This document shows positions 11,802 to 25,407 of a DNA stretch of 64,000 nucleotides, piece after piece (the stretch's first letter is position 1; each line of letters starts with the position of its first letter). Origin of the DNA: Hydrolagus colliei. Taxonomy: Eukaryota. The stretch covers positions 23,870,001 through 23,934,000 of the forward strand of contig CM068747.1 in the NCBI GenBank assembly GCA_035084275.1. Direction: 5' to 3'. The translations under genes were made by a program, and so were the position numbers. The notes beneath the pieces were generated by a model. That model made no database searches, was not told the origin of the DNA, and worked only from the letters and a program-made list of their open reading frames with translations.

Positions 11802-12160
11802 GCCCTGTGGAGTTCAGTGGATAGAATCTCTGTCTTGTAAATGAGAGACCTGGATTTGATTCCCGGCAGGGCGAAAGGTTGAGCAAGTTTCCTTACTCCA
11901 CACACCTCTGTTTACCCAGCAAGTAGGAACTCGATTGTAGGCAATTAGTAGATTGTTTTTCAGGGGGTTATAATTCCTTAAAATAAAATTGGTCACTTCA
12001 ACCCACGGCTGTTTATGGGACACTGCTGTGCGTAATTGGCTGCTGTGTTTCACACACAAAATATACATTCAATTCACTTCACAGTATATTCTGTTAAGCC
12101 CTTTGAGACGTCTCAAAGACATGATATGGTGCTCTATCAAATGCAAAGATTATTATTATT
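11802..12160 (+). mobile_element. tRNA-SINE family A, long variant
   Basis: Degenerate tRNA head with A/B boxes, family body and (TTA)n tail. Carries an extra ~60-nt segment (~11908-11968) that the other full copies lack. Confidence 0.9.
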
Positions 12161-13046
12161 CCTATAACTCTAGAATTTCTTCTAAAACGATGCTGATTTT
12201 TGTAAATCTAGTGCATAACTTGGGAAAAATTAATGCAACATTTATGAATGAAATCAAATACGTTGAATAAATGAAGAAGCATCAGGGAATGGCAGTTTAT
12301 CAAACATTTGTTTGTTTTACTTCAGCATTTCATTAATCTACTGGGTGGTTAAATCAGACTATGCAGTCTATTGTACACCAACAATGGTGAATAAGAACAG
12401 GATAACTGAAGGGTGTCATCATGGCTTTCATTTATCAATAAGGGTGTATGATTAGTTGTTGTCGATTTATCTTTACTTGAAATGGGTGGGAAGAATGTGG
12501 GGTCACTAAATTCTGGATGTTAATGTTTTCATGTTTTGCCTTTAAATAAATCCCTCATAATGTTTTTCCCTGTACTGTACAGTAATAATGTGTAACAATG
12601 GAAATAGGTGATTGTTATACCGTTTCACAAGGTTTTTCTCCTCTGATCAGTATATGAGACTGCCTTTTACATACAAGTATGGAAACAATACTTTAAAAAC
12701 ACTACCTTAATGCAGAGCAATGGGTTGATGACAGGATGATGATACACGACATTGGGCTGGCTTGCTTTTCATTGAGTTCATGCCAAAATAATTCCCTTGG
12801 AAAAAAAACAGATCTCGGTTCAACCATCTATTTCTTTCATTGGGCTGCTTTGATTGTGTAGGAGAATGTTTGTTAGTTGACTGGATTTGCTCTGTGTATT
12901 GTCTTTACCTGTGCCTGTCAGCGCAAAATGTTTTGCTCACATTACTCTAGACTGGTACCTAATTTACTTGCTGTTCATCCACTGACTAACATGGGACAGT
13001 CAAATATTTCGGACTGGTCGGCAATGAAGAGACATAATCATTATAC

Positions 13047-13294
13047 TAATAATAATCATAATCCTTGCATTTGATATAGTGTTTTTCACGTCTTCTAGAC
13101 TTCTCAAAGCGCTTCACGGAATATACTGTAAAGTGAATTGACTGTGATTGAAATGACCAATTTTTTATTTTTTTGAGAGAGATTATTATTAGACATGTGG
13201 AGTAAAGAAACTTGCCCAAGGTTTCGCCCTGCCTGGGATTGAACCCAAGCTTCTTGTTTGTAAGGCGAGTGTTCTAAGCACTGAGCTCCAAGAC
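13047..13294 (-). mobile_element. tRNA-SINE family A with internal deletion
   Basis: Head (rc gagctcagtgcttagaacactcgccttacaaa...gggttcaatcccaggcagggcg) and tail are present. The central ctgtttgtgggacac segment is deleted. Confidence 0.9.
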
Positions 13295-13539
13295 TCCACA
13301 GGTGCACATAAGAGTAATCATTTATTTACTGTTATTCTTTGCTTGAAATAAACACTGAAAGCAGAGCTAATCCTAGCTGTCCTACATCACTGTCTGCTTT
13401 ATTAACCAGTTACCTTTGTCATATCGCCTCCCCCATGCAAGCTCTCTCAGCTCATCAGGCACTTAATGCTGAGAAAAATACAGAAACTTATTTTTTTAAA
13501 TAAAAAGGCTTTTCAATCTGTGTTATGTTCAGTAACAAC

Positions 13540-13642
13540 AAATCATAAAAACAATAATAAATTGCTCCATGACCGTTTGTTGGATACCGCTCTGCGCATT
13601 TGGCAGCAGCGTTTTGCCCACAAATATACAGGCAATTCACTT
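13540..13642 (+). mobile_element. tRNA-SINE family A, internal fragment
   Basis: tgcgcatttggcagcagcgttttgcccacaaatatacaggcaattcactt. Confidence 0.75.
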
Positions 13643-15136
13643 GGCATTGAGTTCTCTTGTGACATCTTTAGTATTTCCTGGCTGAATATTGGTCTTATAA
13701 TTCACAGTTCACTAGGATCCAAAACTCAATTATAGCCATAAGCCTCTGCAGATGAAACTTGTTGTAACACAGTCTTTGCAAACTTTTTTGGGCAAGAAAT
13801 TAAGACAGGATCTTAAGCTTCAAGATAATTGTTTTAATATACAAAACTGTCTCCACAATTGCCTGTAATTATATGTGAAGAGCTTTAGATGTATCAACAT
13901 AATAAAATGCAAAATATCATCCTTTTATGAAGAACTGCTTTGTTAATTCACACAAACTGTACTTAGGTTTTGCTATGTGAAACCCAAACAGATTTGTCTA
14001 AATCAGCAGAAACAGGTCATATTATTAATACATGGGCAGGAAACAAACGGTTAAATACAGCTGGGAGTATGCAGGCAGGACACAGTGGGATACAACAGAT
14101 GCAATTTTGCATTGTGCAGCAAGGAGATCTGATATACCTGATACAACAATGAATATACCTGCAGTTATTGGTGGATTCCAATTCAGCTGATTCTGTTTCA
14201 ACATAAGACCCAAATGTAATGTTTTTCAAGGTACCTGAGAGTGAAACCTCTGATCAGCAGCTGCAGTCAGTGACTTGTTTCTTCAGCAGTATATCATTGC
14301 ATCCTCCAGGCTTCAGGACCATCTATTTTTTTATAATTGCCTTTCTTCTATACACCTCAGGGCATGCTATTCACCTCTTTATTTCAGGCAGTGCAAGGAA
14401 TACCATCTGGTACTCTCATACAGTTCCCCTTTATTGCCTGTAATTTGGAAGGTATGTGTGTGCACTGGCACGCAGCCATCTCAGGACCCCTCTGTCTTTG
14501 CTGTTTACCTTTCCTTTGGTGAAACGGATTCAGATGAATTGGACTTAAAATTAGCTAGTATCATTATTCACTAAAGCATGGAACCTGACTTGTTGGTACA
14601 AGATTTTCATTTTCGTTTTATGGCCGTCAGGCTTAAGCTGTTTGATTTTAGAGAGAAGGTGGAGGAGAAATCTTGTGCTGAAAGGGGCTCATTGTAACAT
14701 CCCTCTCAGAAGTGGGCTAAGCGTGTACACTGCTTTACTCCTCTTGGAAAGTCCACCATGGGACAGTGGGGGCGAATCACTTTATTTGGTAAATCCATAT
14801 TAACTTAGGTCTTAACCTGTAAATATTCACAAAATGATTGGGAAATAACTTTTAGAATTTCTGAATGTTGTAAAAATGTAAACAAAAGCTAGAGAGAACT
14901 ATGCCATCGACCCCAAAGAATTGTTTTGCTTTTCAGTCTTTTGATTAGACACTGGTGATAATTATCACAGCACTCACTCTACAGTTCCCTCCATGATTTT
15001 TTGGACATTCAGGAATTTGTTTTCAGTAAGGACGACTCTCTATAATGTTCCAGAATCATATCACAAATGTAAAAAACATTCTGCTATGCACAATACAATA
15101 ATATGGTTATATAGCGCCTGACGCGAACTGTACATG

Positions 15137-15300
15137 AATCCACGACTGTTTGTGGGACACTGCTGTGCGCAATTGGGCACCGCATTTTGCCCACATAATA
15201 CACAGTCAATTCACTTTACAGAATATTCTGTGAAATGCTTTGAGACGTCTCGAAGACATAATAAGGCGCTGTATCAAATGCAAAGATTATTTTTATTGTT
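15137..15300 (+). mobile_element. tRNA-SINE family A, 5'-truncated
   Basis: aatccacgactgtttgtgggacactgctgtgcgcaattgg...tatcaaatgcaaagattatt. Confidence 0.9.
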
Positions 15301-16779
15301 ATGAACTGTACTGTTGTGCTTGTTTGTGCACAGCTAAAGTGAGGTTTTTTTCCACAAACAGAAACACTGAGCTATGTTTCACCCCATTTTGAGGCTTGTT
15401 TCACTCAGTAGGTGTGTGAAAAAAAAAGGAAGAATCTATTCATTGATTTCCAACAGGAATCTTTTTAGCCTCTATGGTCTTTTTTTTCCTGAGATGTATT
15501 GTCTTTCAATTTAGCTTTGAAATGCATCTGTACTTGAGAAGACCTGATTGACCTCGGAGTGGGAAATCTTGCTGCCTTGTAAGTGCCCATTCTTTCTTGA
15601 GATGCTTTAATTTATTCACTCTCAAAATCTGTTATTGATTTGACCTTGTGATCTCAGCCTCATGGTTGGGCAGCCTTGCTCTGCCTTGCGCTGCTTATTC
15701 TTGCAGGGGAAAAGCTGCCTTGCTTGTGAAAATATCTCTATACAAAGGATTTTTAGTATAAAAAACAAACACGAAAAGTCCGACCAATGCTGCTAAAATG
15801 CATGGTGCACTTTTTCTAAAGAGAACAGATTTCAGTCCAATTTTCCCTGATTTGGGCAATACAAATGCATTTTGGATCTTGTACATTTCCAATATTTGAT
15901 CCGATATTTTCAATAAGATTTTTTAAAATTCATTCAGTGAATTATTATGCTCTTATGTTCATCCATTGGGAAGCAGAAAGACGCCAGTTTTATAAAATTG
16001 ATTCTATTTTGCATAAAGTTATTTGATAGAGCTGGATCCTCTACCCTGAAAGCCTCAGAAGATTTCTCCCATGAAGTAAAACCACCCAACATGGCTATCT
16101 TCCGCTAGCAAAAGCACTTCCAGTTGCTAGATGTAGACATGTGTATGTGTTGCCCAGTGACACAGTCTCAAAATCAAACGCAGCCCCAGAAAATCACACA
16201 CATATACACATTGCTTGTGTGTAACATTTCTCTTTGTTCCAGGCTCAATCATAAAACTCCAGGCGCTCTGATTAAAATATTAAGAGAGCCCGAGTGTAGT
16301 GTGCGATAATTATTACCAGCAACAATTATCACATCATTTACAGCATTTCTCCCCACCTCCTACGTTTTTGAAAAGATGGCAGACACGAATATAATTAATA
16401 TATAAAAAAGATACCATTAAGTTACCAGTGGTCTGACCTTGTCAGTCCTTTGAGAGCTAATAAACAGAAGCTGCAATCCATCCAGTTTGATAATAACATT
16501 AACTGTACTACCACTGGCGCTTCACCAGCTGACAGTTCTACACAGTAACGTTTCTGTGAGATTATTCTATTGATTTTGATGCTGGATGAAGGATTCCATA
16601 GAAAATCCCAATAATCATGGGCGAGTGAGTACCAGACAATCTGTGGGATACCCTGTCTAGGTCACTTTCACTGGGCACACATTTAACAATAGAAATCTGA
16701 GCATCCAGATATTAATTGGTGCTTTTTGGTGCTTTTCCTTAATGTACTGTACAATAGATTGACACTGCTAGCAGACAAT

Positions 16780-17098
16780 ATATTTCCTTTGAAGAGGATA
16801 TGGTGCGACAGAAGGTGATAACATGTCCATTGGCATTGATCATGTGTGATTTCCGACTCTGAATGTCGGTGAGCTTTTTGGATCCATGTGGGTTGGGTGG
16901 GTTGGTGAAATTCTCCCTGAATCCTATCCTGTCTTTGTCCCTACATAGGCATATACAGCAAGGAGGGGTTTTGGGTGGGGGAGGCGGGTAACTGGATATG
17001 GATCAGGACACTGGGCTCATTTTCTTTCTCCTAATCTGGGGCACTGAGACCAATTGCAGCATCCCAGGCACTCCTTGAATCGAGATCAGTTAGATGAC
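16780..17098 (-). mobile_element. Ancient SINE (AmnSINE2-like, family name tentative)
   Basis: gggtaactggatatggatcagga...ctggggcactgagaccaattgcagc...gagatcagttag is homologous to 38791-38875 and 63960-64000. The family assignment is from memory of the consensus. Confidence 0.55.
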
Positions 17099-17102
17099 AA
17101 CA

Positions 17103-17200
17103 GTAACAAACAACAAGTATATTTGTATAGTGCCTTTCATGTCAGCACAATGTCCCAAGTTGCTGGGCAATCAGGGATTTGGTTCTGAGCTGGAGGCTGG
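17103..17200 (-). mobile_element. L2 3' tail fragment
   Basis: caacaagtatatttgtatagtgcctttcatgtcagcacaatgtcccaagttgctgggca matches 122-192. Confidence 0.75.
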
Positions 17201-17295
17201 GATTATGCCAACTCATGGGAACAACTTATCTGACATTAAGTTCCATGATCTAGGCTGAGCTATCAGGTTATCGTAGAGGCACTGCAGCTAACCTG

Positions 17296-17412
17296 ATAAT
17301 AACAAACCTTGCAATTCAAAATAGCAGCTTATCGTACTGTCGAGACGTTTCAGAGCACTTCTCAGGATACACGGTAAACCGGAGTGACTGTGTATTTTGT
17401 GGGCGAACGTGG
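17296..17412 (-). mobile_element. tRNA-SINE family A, diverged 3' fragment
   Basis: ccttgcaattcaaaatagc...gagacgtttcagagcacttc...gactgtgtattttgtgggcgaacgtgg. Confidence 0.75.
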
Positions 17413-18686
17413 ATGAGGAAAGGGGAGAATGAGTCCAGTTTCCATTTCTGTTGAAAAGTACACAGGATGGACACAAAGTGAAGACAATGGCAGTCATTAA
17501 CAGCATGACCTACACTGCTCCCTTCTAAGGAATGGCAGATTATGACAAGATGAGTCACATTCATGTGCCTGGACGTGACTAAGATTTTTTGGCTTGTTTA
17601 ACAACCCGTAACACGAATATGTTATTTAAGCGCCTCGTGTGGACTCTCTGGGTGGCTCAGGTTTTCACAGCCCACCTTTTGACCTTATTATTTTTAATGG
17701 GAATCTGCCAGAATAGTGTAATGTACTGCTTTACTTGCCAGAATGAGGTGGAACAGCAGAAAAATGTGATTGTTGAGTGACTGTGGCAGCCTGCAACATT
17801 TTTTTTTCATCATCATCTTTTAAGGATTCAAAAAGTGTATTGTCAGGATTAACAGGAAATAATAACTTCTATAGGAGTTGTTTACAAAGGAAATAGAAGT
17901 ACATACTTTAAATGACACTTTGGCATAATTCCAAAGGGGGTACGGAGATACGGACATAAAATCTATACTGTAATTATAACCATTACTTGTATTAATCAAC
18001 ACAAGGAATGGGTTAAAAAGCACACTAAATTTTATTCCAAGATTTATCGTATTCCCATAGATTGGGATAAATCTCTTTGTTAATATGTTGTTTTTAAAAT
18101 AATAAACATTATGTGAAATATATTCCAATGAATATCTGAATAAGGTCATGCCAGGTAATTCATTTGAAGAATAGGGGTTGCAAAAAGGATTAGAGACTCC
18201 AGCATAGTACCAGGGCTGAAAATAAACCTATTCACTTTGCTGTAAAATTACTGTAATAAAAACAACAACTTGCATTCATATTAGGTGTTTTACGTAGGAA
18301 AGTCACCTTGAAAACCTTTACAAGGGACAATAGGGCACAGAAACATAGCAAAGAGTGGCCAGAACAAAGATATTAAGATATGTGAATGGAGAGAAAATCC
18401 CAAAGCCTTTCCTGACAAATTTTATTGGTACTGAAGTACCCAATGATAGTGACCCATGGCTGTCCATTCTTTATTTATTTTATTACACCTTTGCGAGTAC
18501 TTTGTTGGCCTCTTGAGAGAAACAAGCACAGACAGATACATCCCTTAAAATGATTGACTGGAAAGTTGCACTTTTGACCAGACAAATATTTATGAAATGA
18601 AACTATTTTATACAAAACTGCCGCAAAGTCATCAACATTTTGACACATGGTGCATAACCAGTGGAGTAATCTAATGACCATGGATG

Positions 18687-18712
18687 ATAATAATAATAAT
18701 AATAATAATAAT
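18687..18712. repeat. (TAA)n microsatellite
   Basis: About 8 tandem TAA units. Confidence 0.9.
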
Positions 18713-19089
18713 CTTTTTATGCAGTTAATATGTGGTAAAGCTGGTACATGATATTCGATGTCTAGAATGTCAAGATTCCCAAGATTCCATACAGTCATTA
18801 TTTTACCGTCTGGACATAAGACTGTTTCCTGGTTATGATCTGCAGAGTGGCTGCTAATGCATTAATAGACGTAATTGCTTACCATACTGCAATGGAGAAA
18901 TGCTACATGCCAGCTAACCATCTAACAAGAACTCAGATTGGCACATGTCAAACGTCTGCTGAGCAACAGCTGGAGTACTGCAGCCTTGGCTGCTGTTTGT
19001 TGGCCAGATGTGGACTTGGTGAACTAATGGCTGCATGTAGTATTTCAGCGTATTATTGATGGTTCATCAAACTATCAAACTTTTTTTTA

Positions 19090-19173
19090 AACTAGAGGGA
19101 CGGATTTGGACAGCTCTTTTCAAAGACACGATGGGCCGAATGGCCTCCTTGTGGTAATTCTATGATTCTATGA
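19090..19173 (+). mobile_element. CR1-type 3' tail
   Basis: acacgatgggccgaatggcctcctt...attctatgattctatga, the CR1 terminal stem-loop plus an 8-mer tandem tail. Confidence 0.8.
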
Positions 19174-20813
19174 GATATGCAAAGTGGAAGACTGAATTCT
19201 TGCCACTTTGATAATCCTGTAAATCAGTGTCTTAATAGGTGAGATGGTCCTCACTGAACAAAGTTAGGTTGTCAGAGCCTTGCAGCAAAGGAAGGCTGTC
19301 AGTGCCTTGCACCAATGTGCAATATCAGTTGGTTCAATTTCAGCAGTACCACAATGTACATTCTGACATCTCTAAATGCTTTTGCTTCTGTACTTGTGTT
19401 CTCTGATCAAAGTGTAGGGTAGTGTATATTGCTCAGTCCCCAAGGAGAGAGAATGTGCTCGCCAGAACTAACATAACAGAAATTTTTGCTTTTATGGGTT
19501 CTCGGCTGCAAGGATGAGAGATTCTTGAGCACGGCATGAGGTCTACGTGTGTGTCAGACTCCTGGTCAACTAATTTTTTTTTGAAAAGTGACGAAAAATG
19601 CAGATGAATTCAAGCTTTATTCTAATATTATTGCTGGCACTGGAGTGCAAACACCCGTCTTTGACGCAGCTGCGTATGTGTGTTACTGTGGGAGCCAAGA
19701 AAGGAAATGCAATCGAATTCCAAACGCATTTATTGCTCCCCATTGGTTTGTACGGATAATGAAATCAGTGCCATGTTTGTACTGAGTATTGACGGCTGGA
19801 TCCAGAGCTGTGGGGTATCCTGTACCAGTGTATTGAAGTAGTCCTAGTAGGGCTGCCAGTTCTCAGCGGGGTGTATTACACACACTAACCGGAGTTCTGT
19901 ATGTCCAACAAGGCAATTTTTGAGCATCTCAGAGTGTGCAGATTCCATGATATTGATATGGTTTGTTGTTCGCCGTGGGTGTTACGGAATGAGATCAGGG
20001 ACTATATTTGTGAAAGAGAAAGTTATTCATTGCTTGCTGCATATATCCATACCCAGCACAGCATAGTAAAGCACCAACAAAATTAAATCAATATTGACTT
20101 TGCATTTCTGTGCAGAAATTCCACCTGGAATCAGTCTTTAATTTTCTTCTTTATGTTTCAGTCAACGAAGATTTAACAGGAAACCAGCCTCCAAATTAAG
20201 ACTCGATGTAAGCATAATTCAAAATAAAAATGCTGTGAAATGCTAACCAAACAAGCTAATAAAACTGGTGGTTGTCCCAGGCACGTGCTGGAGAACGCCA
20301 TGGGAGCATATTATATTTCCACCTTTCAAAATCAGGTCATTGGGATGTTAAATTATTTCAAAATATTCAGGCCAAGTTCACAGCTATTGCCATACAACAC
20401 AAACCTTCAATACATTTTAAATTGCTAAGATTCAATTCTACACTTGCTGACATGTTATCAATTTAATTTGATAACAAAATAAATCAAATTGTAACTTGGC
20501 TTTCTTTTTTCCAGTGTCTGAAAAGCTTCTTTTGAGTCTACCACAATGAACATTTATCATACTCCCTAATATCCATGATTATTAGAGTAGATTTAGTGGT
20601 TTCAGTGAACTGTTTATTCGATATGTGAATGGATCCAATGGCAAACAATCCTCCAGTTAAGCTGGCTTTACAGAAGTGGTGTGTCGCTCCTTAATGTTTG
20701 TGCAGGATTGTGCTTCAGTCATTGTAGCACTTCCCAGTCTGCATCAGGCACTTGCAAAATAGTACATTCAGTAATTAATCCTAACCATTAGAATTTATAC
20801 TTTTGCATAAAGG

Positions 20814-21101
20814 ATCCTGTAGCTCAGTGGTTAGAGCACTCACCTTACAAGTGGAAGACCTGGGTTCAATACAAGCAGGTCAGGGCAAAACTGTGGGCAA
20901 TTTTACTTCTTCCACACGAGTAATAATAATCCCTCAAAAAAAAATTGGTAATTTCAATCCACGACTGTTTGTGGGACATTGCTGTACGCAATTGGCTGCC
21001 GCTTTTTGCCCACAAAGTAATTACAGTATATTCTGTGAAGCGCTTTGAGATGTCTAGAAAATGTGAAAAGAGCTATATTAAATGCAAGGATCATTATTAT
21101 T
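20814..21101 (+). mobile_element. tRNA-SINE family A, near full length
   Basis: A box tagctcagtgg, B box ggttcaatac, family body and (TTA)n tail. Confidence 0.92.
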
Positions 21102-23849
21102 AATAATATTATTTTCTTCATTAAGGCAGTTTCACAGAGCCCGGGAATAAAGTGATTTTACAGCCCTCAGTTGAATTTTTTTTGTATAGCTTTTCCTTTA
21201 AAATGTAGTATTATCTCCCAAAACAGTGAAGCGAACAAAGAGCTGCCCAAATGCAGAGAATCACATTGGGATTACTTTAACATATTTAAGCTTTGATCTC
21301 AGAAGCGCTTCCAGTCATTCCTGTTTCATTTATGGTTTCGTTGTAACCTGTCAAGATGCACCAGTGGGTAGAGAGGAACCATTTTAAAACAATAATATCC
21401 ATTGGCCCCCATACCCACCCCCACACACATTTTCCTGCAGAAATCTAGGCCAATTTTGAAATCTGGTGCAAAATGAAATTCTGCAGTGTCATGAATACAT
21501 TAACATTTGGATCTGAATTCTCAACCATGTCAGCTAATAAAAGAGTATAAATGGACCACGTTTGCTATAAATAATTGTCTATTAATACTGTGGCACTGTG
21601 CAGCAAATTAAAGTCTCACTTGACTGAACACAGCTGTAGCAGGGAGGCACAGCTCACAAGGAAGGGTGATTGCATGGGAAGCACACTCAAAGGGTGAATA
21701 ACTTCCTCTTTCATATTTAAGTACATCTCAGACAATTAATATTTATTTAAACCTGAAAACAGAGCACCTCGGGATTTAATAGAAATGGACATATTCTAGG
21801 CTTGGTCTATTAATCCTAATTTATGGGGACAAGGAATTCTTTTCAAAGTCTAAGGTTCTTTAATATGGTTTAATCAGTAGGATTTAACGCAAGAGGTATT
21901 GCAAGTCAGAACTGTTATTGAAATGCATGTAAAAAATTATGTGTTTAAATATAGTGAACTTTTGAGAAGAGAAGTACTTTCTCCCACTCAGTATAAGATC
22001 TGCCTTCACTGTTCTCTTTTGAACACAAAACAGATGCAATTTACTCTTCTCTGTAATACTCAACCATTCATTACTTTATTTCTTTTTAAACATTCGAGGC
22101 AATGTGCTTGTTTTAATCCTTCCATTCAGCATTTGCTCACCTACTTGAAGTTACTGTTAGTATCGCTCCGGAACCCAGCATTCCTTCCCAATTCATTTCT
22201 GAGGGAACCTGTTTTGTTACATTTATAAGAAACCTTCTCAATTATACAGTATTTAACTGTATTGCTTTTAGTTTGTACTCACAACGTACACTTCAGCAGC
22301 AGATTAATGGTCCCAATTCTCTCGTTTCCAAATGCGAATTTGTTAATTGTCCTTCCAAACAGGTCAGTTTTACACCTCATTATTCAGTATCTACCAGTCT
22401 AGGCAGTCTATATGTCATACTTAAGTCCCCTAACTCCCTTAAACTGTCTTGTTATTTTAAATGTGAAACAGTACTTTTTCTTAATAATGGGGTCTTTGCA
22501 CGGCATTATACTTCCCCCCCCATTTTACCCCCTACAGGCTCGCACTGCCACCACCCACTAGCAGACTTCCTCCTTCGGTGGACCAGTCTAGGTTGCAGAC
22601 ATTTTCATGATCACCCTCAGTGCCACACTATGAGCAGCTGACAGGAGGTGCACCTCTGATGTATGGGATGGTTCCTGTCAGTTTTTCCTCCTTTCAGAGA
22701 TGGAGTGCTCCACCGCCACCAAGTGTTCTGCTTAACAAGTGGTGAAATGCCGTGCGCGAGGAACCCTGATTATCAACTCGTGGCGAGATTTGAACTGAAT
22801 GGGGATTATTAATCTCCCGCGTCGACCCTACATGTATTTTATGTATTGCACTTCCATGACCCAAATAAGTTTGGAACCAAATTGTGCGTAATCAATTCGA
22901 AACACACGCAAAAATATCACACCGTAATAGTCTTGAACTCTTTACCCCATGAAAGCACAAACAGCAAATGCGTGATCTTTATATCTTTATAGCTGCTGCT
23001 GTATTTTTCCTCTGACATCTATGATTTGCATTCATTCCACATCACACTTGAATGGTAATGGTCTTCCAGAAAGGACCTTGTATTGCAAGTGTTCGAATCA
23101 AAACCATCAGACTGGTGCAATCTGGGGAACTCATTTCACACGGAGCCAAAATTTCCACAGCATATTATGCCAATGATGCTTTCTGCATATGAACGATTCT
23201 CCTCGACAGACAGAAACCCTCTCACAGAACAGCCAGAGGGCATTTCCAGAGGAACCTGGGGGAAAAAAATGAACAAAGACAAAATGAAAATGAATACAGT
23301 AATTTTCAGCTGATCATAAAATGACCCATTATACATTTCACATTGCAACATTGCAGTGATTTTGAACATATAATTTAAATTGTGCATTAAAATTATTAAA
23401 ATTACCTTTTCATCTCTGCGTTCAATTAATTCATTAACGACGTAAGTAACCCTTTCCCTTTGTAGCTTTCAGAAGGCAATCATTAGTTTCTATTTGCACA
23501 GAGATAATTCTCCTAAAAGCATTCTGCTGGCACTTTGGTCGGTATAAGATGTGTCCCTAATGGACACAAGTCAATTTATCAGTGGCATCTTTCAACATTC
23601 AGTGAAATCCTGGAGCGTTCTACAGGAACGGAGCAGACATACAGTGCTTCGTGGATATGCAAAACTAAGTTATTTGTAAAATGATCTGTTCGCAAACCAC
23701 AATGACATTCACTGAGACATTTCATGAACTTAGATATACAGAATGGTCAGCTGAATACTGGGATTGCAGTGAGCGCTAAGTAAAACACAGATGCTTTTTC
23801 ACCAACAGTAGGGCCCCAGCAAACAAAATATGTTAGATATCCGCAATAA

Positions 23850-23975
23850 AGAGAGAAAATAGTAGATCTATCAACATCTGGTCAGTTGACCAGTTACTCC
23901 AAAACATCAAGCTATCTGTCTTTCAAATGTTGATCAACCTGATATGCTTTGCTATCATTTTCTGGTTTCAGTTCC
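23850..23975. mobile_element. Possible Penelope-like element remnant (degenerate inverted arms)
   Basis: gagaaaatagtagatctatcaacatctgg ... caaatgttgatcaacctgatatgctttgctatcattttctgg resembles, from memory, the palindromic Penelope-derived repeats of sharks. The match is weak. Confidence 0.3.
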
Positions 23976-25029
23976 CTATCGCTGATGTTCAGCGCAGAAG
24001 ATAAAGAATCAGAAGCAGCATATGTTTCTTTAAATGGCGCAAAAAGATATTTTATGGGTTAATTAAATGCAAATCATTTTGTTTCTAATTTAATAGAAAG
24101 GCATTGAGGAATCCTTCAGGGCACGCTATAAATACTCAGTCAGTCTCTAACCTTTTCTTATTGATGTTTGACTGCAGAAAGGGAGCAGCTTTTACATGTA
24201 TGCCCGCCGTGAACTCTTTGAATTCACAGAATGCCATAATACAGCACTGCATAAATTATCCTGCTTCTTGATTCCACAATGAATCAACCATCTGGTCTAA
24301 TACCATTCCGACAGTGATATAAGACTGAACATTCCACGCCTGGTCTAGTGTGTGCAGAGGAACATATTTTAAAATGTCAAGATACATCAGCTACATATTT
24401 AGTATTATTTATATTCATAAAAGTTAATAGTACAGGATAGATTGTGATTCAAGAGCTGCTTAATCACACTTGCCCGTGTGTTGTGTTAGAAACACCAGTG
24501 TACTTGCTCCGTCTCTGCACTACACAAAGACTTACAAGAGAGAAAAAACAAAACGACTTAACATAAGCAGTGTTTTGGCCCCCATCTCAACCCGTGGCAC
24601 ATCTGTGTAAATGCTAGTTATATTGGCCCAGAAGATTTGGTGTCAAAGGCCTATTGCTGAGGCTGCGATTCTCCACTGCACCAGATTGGAAGGAGGGAAT
24701 CGACCACTTACGTTTGAGCGTGGGAGGATCGGGATGTAAAGTGTGAGTCAGTTCCAAACTTTCCTTTAATCTGTTGGGGTATCAGTAAAAGGAAAAAAAT
24801 GTCACTTCTGTGCAACGTAAAAAACAAAACATTTAACAGAAAGAATGGATCTCAGTCAAGGGTGAGACAGGGCACTGTAATGGTTGCTCTGTTATTGAGT
24901 GTTATTTTATCGATATGCCCCAACGCATTTTTATCGCATCAAGATGTTCAGGTCATCCCCACCCTTGCCCTCATGCTCTTAGGCCTCAGTGCCCACAATA
25001 TCTGCAGAAGTCACTCACTCACTCGCTCA

Positions 25030-25225
25030 NNNNNNNNNNNNNNNNNNNNNNNNNNNNNNNNNNNNNNNNNNNNNNNNNNNNNNNNNNNNNNNNNNNNNNN
25101 NNNNNNNNNNNNNNNNNNNNNNNNNNNNNNNNNNNNNNNNNNNNNNNNNNNNNNNNNNNNNNNNNNNNNNNNNNNNNNNNNNNNNNNNNNNNNNNNNNNN
25201 NNNNNNNNNNNNNNNNNNNNNNNNN
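25030..25225. other. Assembly gap (196 N)
   Basis: Run of N. Confidence 1.
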
Positions 25226-25407
25226 CCATGGATGTCTGTCCACTTGGTTGTTTCGGCTAAAGACCTTTCTTTTCGACTGCACAAGAAGATCACCTTCTTC
25301 CCCCTCCCACTGGCTCAGCCCCGGGATCCATTATTGGGAAGCACTCTGAGATGCCGTTTGACATGGGGGGGCGCTGTATAAATCTATGTTGTTGTTGTTG
25401 TTGTTGT
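25226..25407 (+). mobile_element. L2-type 3' end
   Basis: ctaaagacctttcttttcgac (LKTFLFD), tail stem-loop ...ggggggcgctgtataaatc and (TTG)n. Confidence 0.8.

Noticed and set aside
24799-25381. Long ORFs spanning 25030-25225
   Set aside because: Artefacts of translating an N gap.
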